NCBI RefSeq assembly: GCF_052425735.1
Contig: NC_135769.1
Coordinates: 15,376,001-15,440,000 of the forward strand
Source of the DNA: Oculina patagonica
Lineage: Eukaryota
Reading direction: 5' to 3'
Length of the DNA: 64,000 bases
Part shown: positions 49,727 through 64,000 of the stretch, piece after piece
Layout: each line of letters starts with the position of its first letter
How positions within the stretch are numbered: the stretch's first letter is position 1
Made by a program: the position numbers and the translations under genes
Notes under the pieces: model-generated
The model's input: only the letters and a program-made list of their open reading frames with translations
Databases searched by the model: none
What the model was told of the DNA's origin: nothing

Positions 49727-50656
49727 ATGCTTAACATTGAGACCGATATGGTGGAGGCTGGAAACCGAAGTGCGCAAGCGCTGCTTTGTGCGGTACCTTT
49801 TCAAGGAACCCTTTCATTGTGGTTTCTTGTAGTATCAAATATTGTTCTTGCCATCACTTCAACGTTGAGTAATACTGTGATCCTAGCTGCCCTTCACAAG
49901 GAGTCGTCCCTTCATCCACCTTCCAAGATCTTATTACGTTCACTGGCGCTTACTGATTTGTGCGTTGGTCTTGTCTTGGGGCCACTTTTTGTCATATTTT
50001 TAATGACGATAGAATTCGAAACTTGGAATCTTTGTACCAACATTATTGCTGTCACTGTTGTAACGGGTGACCTGTTGTCTTCGTTATCCTTATTCACACT
50101 GACTACAATAAGCGTGGACAGACTTCTCGCCTTGTTACTGGGCATGAGATACAGACAAGTGGTCACTTTTAAACGCGTTCTAGGGATTGTGCTCTGTTTT
50201 TGGACTCTGAGCATTTGTTTCACTACGACAGGCTTTTGGGACTACAGGATAAAATTACATTATAGCTCCGTGGCTGTTCTATTTTGCTTAGTAGTGTCAA
50301 CCTGCTGCTATACAAAGATCTACTTAAAACTCCTTCATCATCAAGCTCAAATACACGTTCACCAAGGACAACCAAACGGACATGAGCCATTGAACATAGC
50401 GCGATACAGAAAGACAGTGTCCAGTGCATTGTGGGTACAGTTTTCAGTTATAGCATGCTATCTTCCAGTCGGTATAGTAGTAACGCTAATGTCCATCAAG
50501 GGAATGACTCCAACTCTTCTTTTAGCTTGGGCATTTCTTGTTACTGTTGTACATTTTAACTCGACTCTGAACCCGATTCTGTATTGCTGGAAGATTAGGA
50601 AAGTGAGACGAGCGGTTACAGAGTTGGTGCAGCAGATATTTTGTTTAGCTACATAG
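49727..50656 (+). CDS. Intronless class A GPCR paralog, 309 aa (alternative start at 49748)
   Basis: Intact ORF with all family motifs (NSTLNPILY). Confidence 0.92.
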   Translation: MLNIETDMVEAGNRSAQALLCAVPFQGTLSLWFLVVSNIVLAITSTLSNTVILAALHKESSLHPPSKILLRSLALTDLCVGLVLGPLFVIFLMTIEFETWNLCTNIIAVTVVTGDLLSSLSLFTLTTISVDRLLALLLGMRYRQVVTFKRVLGIVLCFWTLSICFTTTGFWDYRIKLHYSSVAVLFCLVVSTCCYTKIYLKLLHHQAQIHVHQGQPNGHEPLNIARYRKTVSSALWVQFSVIACYLPVGIVVTLMSIKGMTPTLLLAWAFLVTVVHFNSTLNPILYCWKIRKVRRAVTELVQQIFCLAT

Positions 50657-50967
50657 AAACAAACTAACGGTACAAGGTGCATCACATCATATAATAATGA
50701 TAATGCACCCATTTCCTTTTTTATCAGGATTTGTGTTTGTCACGGATATGATATCTGTAGTTTTCGCAGTTTGGCTACTGAGAGTTAACCTCATGATATT
50801 TTAATTTTTTGCTTTCAAAATAAACACAATAAAAGTAACGTGCTTTATAGATCATATTGTGGTTCAACGTGTGTACTGCTAAGAAATATATGTTCCTTTT
50901 GATTTCAAACCAATGGGAAGATGATTCTGAACTTAAAACATGAAACGAGACTTAATCTGATCTGTCC

Positions 50968-51177
50968 TAGTCCGGTCCCTGAACTCTCCTTTCCGCGCGC
51001 CCCTTGTAGGGGAATTCGTCATTTGAGCGAGCATTTTTAACCCTAGCGCGCGTCCCAAGCAAATGACGCCACACCCTTCGCCTCTGATTGGTTCGTTCTG
51101 AGCATGCGCATGCAAGTTATCCCGGACTCTCTTTTCTCGCGCCTGCGCGCAGAAGAGAGATATCTGGGACTTGACTA
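50968..51177. mobile_element. Small MITE with TAGTC...GACTA ends
   Basis: Imperfect TIR TAGTCCGGTCCCTGAACTCTC / GAGATATCTGGGACTTGACTA; shares GCATGCGCATGCAAGTTATCC with the element nested at about 31532-31962. Confidence 0.6.
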
Positions 51178-51458
51178 GACCTGTCCACGGTATATAATTG
51201 TCTTTACTCTCTCCTTAAAGTAACCGCCAGAAAGAGGTACCTTTTTCACGTTGGAGCGATTTCACAAGTGAAGTAAAGGAAAGGCTAGGCAGAGATGTCA
51301 TTTAGGTATTCAAAAGGGCCTATCAAATTATCTCGAACAGATATACCCAACGGCCGATTCTAAGGAATATTTCACGAGTCATTTGTATTTTCTCGGTATA
51401 CACACGAGCTTAGGCTTAAGTTTTTTTTTTTTTAAAAAAAAAAAGAAAGAAAAAAAAG

Positions 51459-51491
<33 letters not shown>

Positions 51492-52605
51492 AGTATGTAT
51501 ACCAAGTTAGCGTGGTCAATAATATGGTCAATAAACGAGACAATGGAACACGTATTCTCTTGTTTCTATCTCAGCGGATGCGGAATAGACAATTAATTAA
51601 ACTAAAAGAGACAAACCAATTCGCTAAACATTATTTTACTGAGATGACAGAAAGTTCCCATAAGAAAACCACAAAGGAAAACTTATTTTGGGGGAACTGA
51701 GGTGTAGGTACTGTTATTTAACCTGGGGGGTGGGTCGTAGTTGTTGTTGTTTATCGGATTTACGTCTGTTTTATATGTGGGAGTGTATTGTTCACTTCGT
51801 TCAACACTCGCCATAAACTGCAGGCCAAGTTATTACCTTGTTAAAAGCTATTTTCTACTTTATGCAACAAAAGACAAACTTATCATTTGACTAAAGTACA
51901 GCAGAGGCAACCCTAGACAAAGGTAATCTTCCTTTAAAAGTCTGGGTAATATTCTACAAAATGCATTCAGTATTAAAACAGCAAGCAAGGACAACAAAGG
52001 TGCGAGACGTCGGTTAAAGAAGACGCCATTAAATAGGAATTGACTTACTACAAATTTACAAAATGTCTGCTTAAAATCCATTTTGCGATAGGAAATGTTT
52101 TCTGTAATCTGATATTCTGTTTGAAAATTAAACTAAATTATATTTCATTTCAAAAAATTGACTTCTTAAATTTGGCCTTTGCCTCTTTCGTTCGTTGTAT
52201 TATCTTGTCACACATAAAAGTGATAAATAAATTAAAGATGTTAGCGTGTTCTTTATTGTACTCAGGAATTTATTTCAGCAGTCGCAGATAGGTAATGGAT
52301 CATTTTAATTAAGTATTTCTGAAAAAAAAAGGTGCGAGACAGAAAATTGATACCATTTACACGTAAAGTACAATAGCTTTTAAAGCAAATTACATCTCCA
52401 TGAAGCTACAAGTCATCCCGAAATTAATCTAAAAATTGCTGCACAAAATAAGGCTTTACATCTGTACAATTTGTCTAGTCAGCACGGAAACTCAGCAACT
52501 GACTTTTTTCCTTGATAATTAACTTATTTCTGCGAGTTCTCTTTACAAAAACTCCTCCTCACACTAAAAATACTCGTTGCATTTTAAAAGACGGCCACGC
52601 GTCGT

Positions 52606-63438
<10,833 letters not shown>

Positions 63439-64000
63439 CTGCAATTAATCACAGATGCATCAAACAAAAGCACTTGACTTTTCACTGGAGTTTAACTATC
63501 CTGTAGGGATGCAGGATGATAAAATAACAGGGTCACTGTAGTACTACTTAATTCACCAACTGTGGAATAGGCTTGAATTTTGTCGCTGCCCAACCCACTT
63601 TCTTCTACTGCCACGCCTACTTTCGTCTGTAAATTCTAACCATCGCCTTGTTGCAGATAATCCACAACTCACTAATTACATCACGATCCTCATTAAATAA
63701 AGCGTCAAATAACTGACAGTGGGTAGAAGAGAAACTCAATAAAAGCTCAGTTAAAAGAAGTGCTTGCCATTTTCTTTAAGTGGTTGTGTCGAGATTTGGC
63801 GCTAATTTTATGTTTTGGTGTTAAAAAATTACCTCTGTAATTGTAATTATTTCTGTAATTAATGCAGCAGCACACAGGGGCAGCGAGTGTGCCAGCCACC
63901 ATTTGTACGGAACCTTAATAGGACAGCCCTAAATCACTTATAAATAATCCATTTAAAATTATCATGATCAGAAATTTAAAAAATCTTTTCTCTACTCACT

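Noticed and set aside
434-50656. Assigning specific names (MC4R, ADORA, TAAR etc.) to the GPCRs
   Set aside because: Only generic class A motifs are visible; these look like lineage-specific expansions, and orthology or ligand cannot be supported.

Overview
Eukaryotic, intron-rich, AT-rich genomic DNA. It is most likely from an anthozoan cnidarian (stony coral-like); this is inferred from the GPCR subfamilies and the repeat types. There are three main components. (1) A head-to-head pair of multi-exon paralogous genes that the ORF track shows only as fragments: gene A on the minus strand (12292-7485, 7 exons, about 496 aa) and gene B on the plus strand (13554-36904, 8 exons, about 521 aa). Manual splicing gives an iGluR-like architecture: signal peptide, S1 binding-protein lobe, M1, re-entrant pore, M3, S2 lobe, M4 and a helical tail. 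The pore carries a full K+ selectivity filter (TMTTVGYGDK), so these are GluR0/AvGluR1-like putative ligand-gated K+ channels. (2) A birth-and-death cluster of 13 intronless class A GPCR loci (7 intact, 6 disrupted), five of which lie inside the 17.2-kb intron that splits gene B's selectivity filter. Among the paralogs, the blocks coding the intracellular loops are almost identical at DNA level while the extracellular halves diverge strongly, which suggests segmental gene conversion. (3) The 3' 20 coding exons of USP7 on the minus strand, with a degenerate Gypsy LTR element in one intron. The window also holds many MITEs with clear TIRs and TSDs, a tRNA-derived SINE, LINE fragments, a perfect 146-bp palindrome and several low-quality homopolymer stretches.
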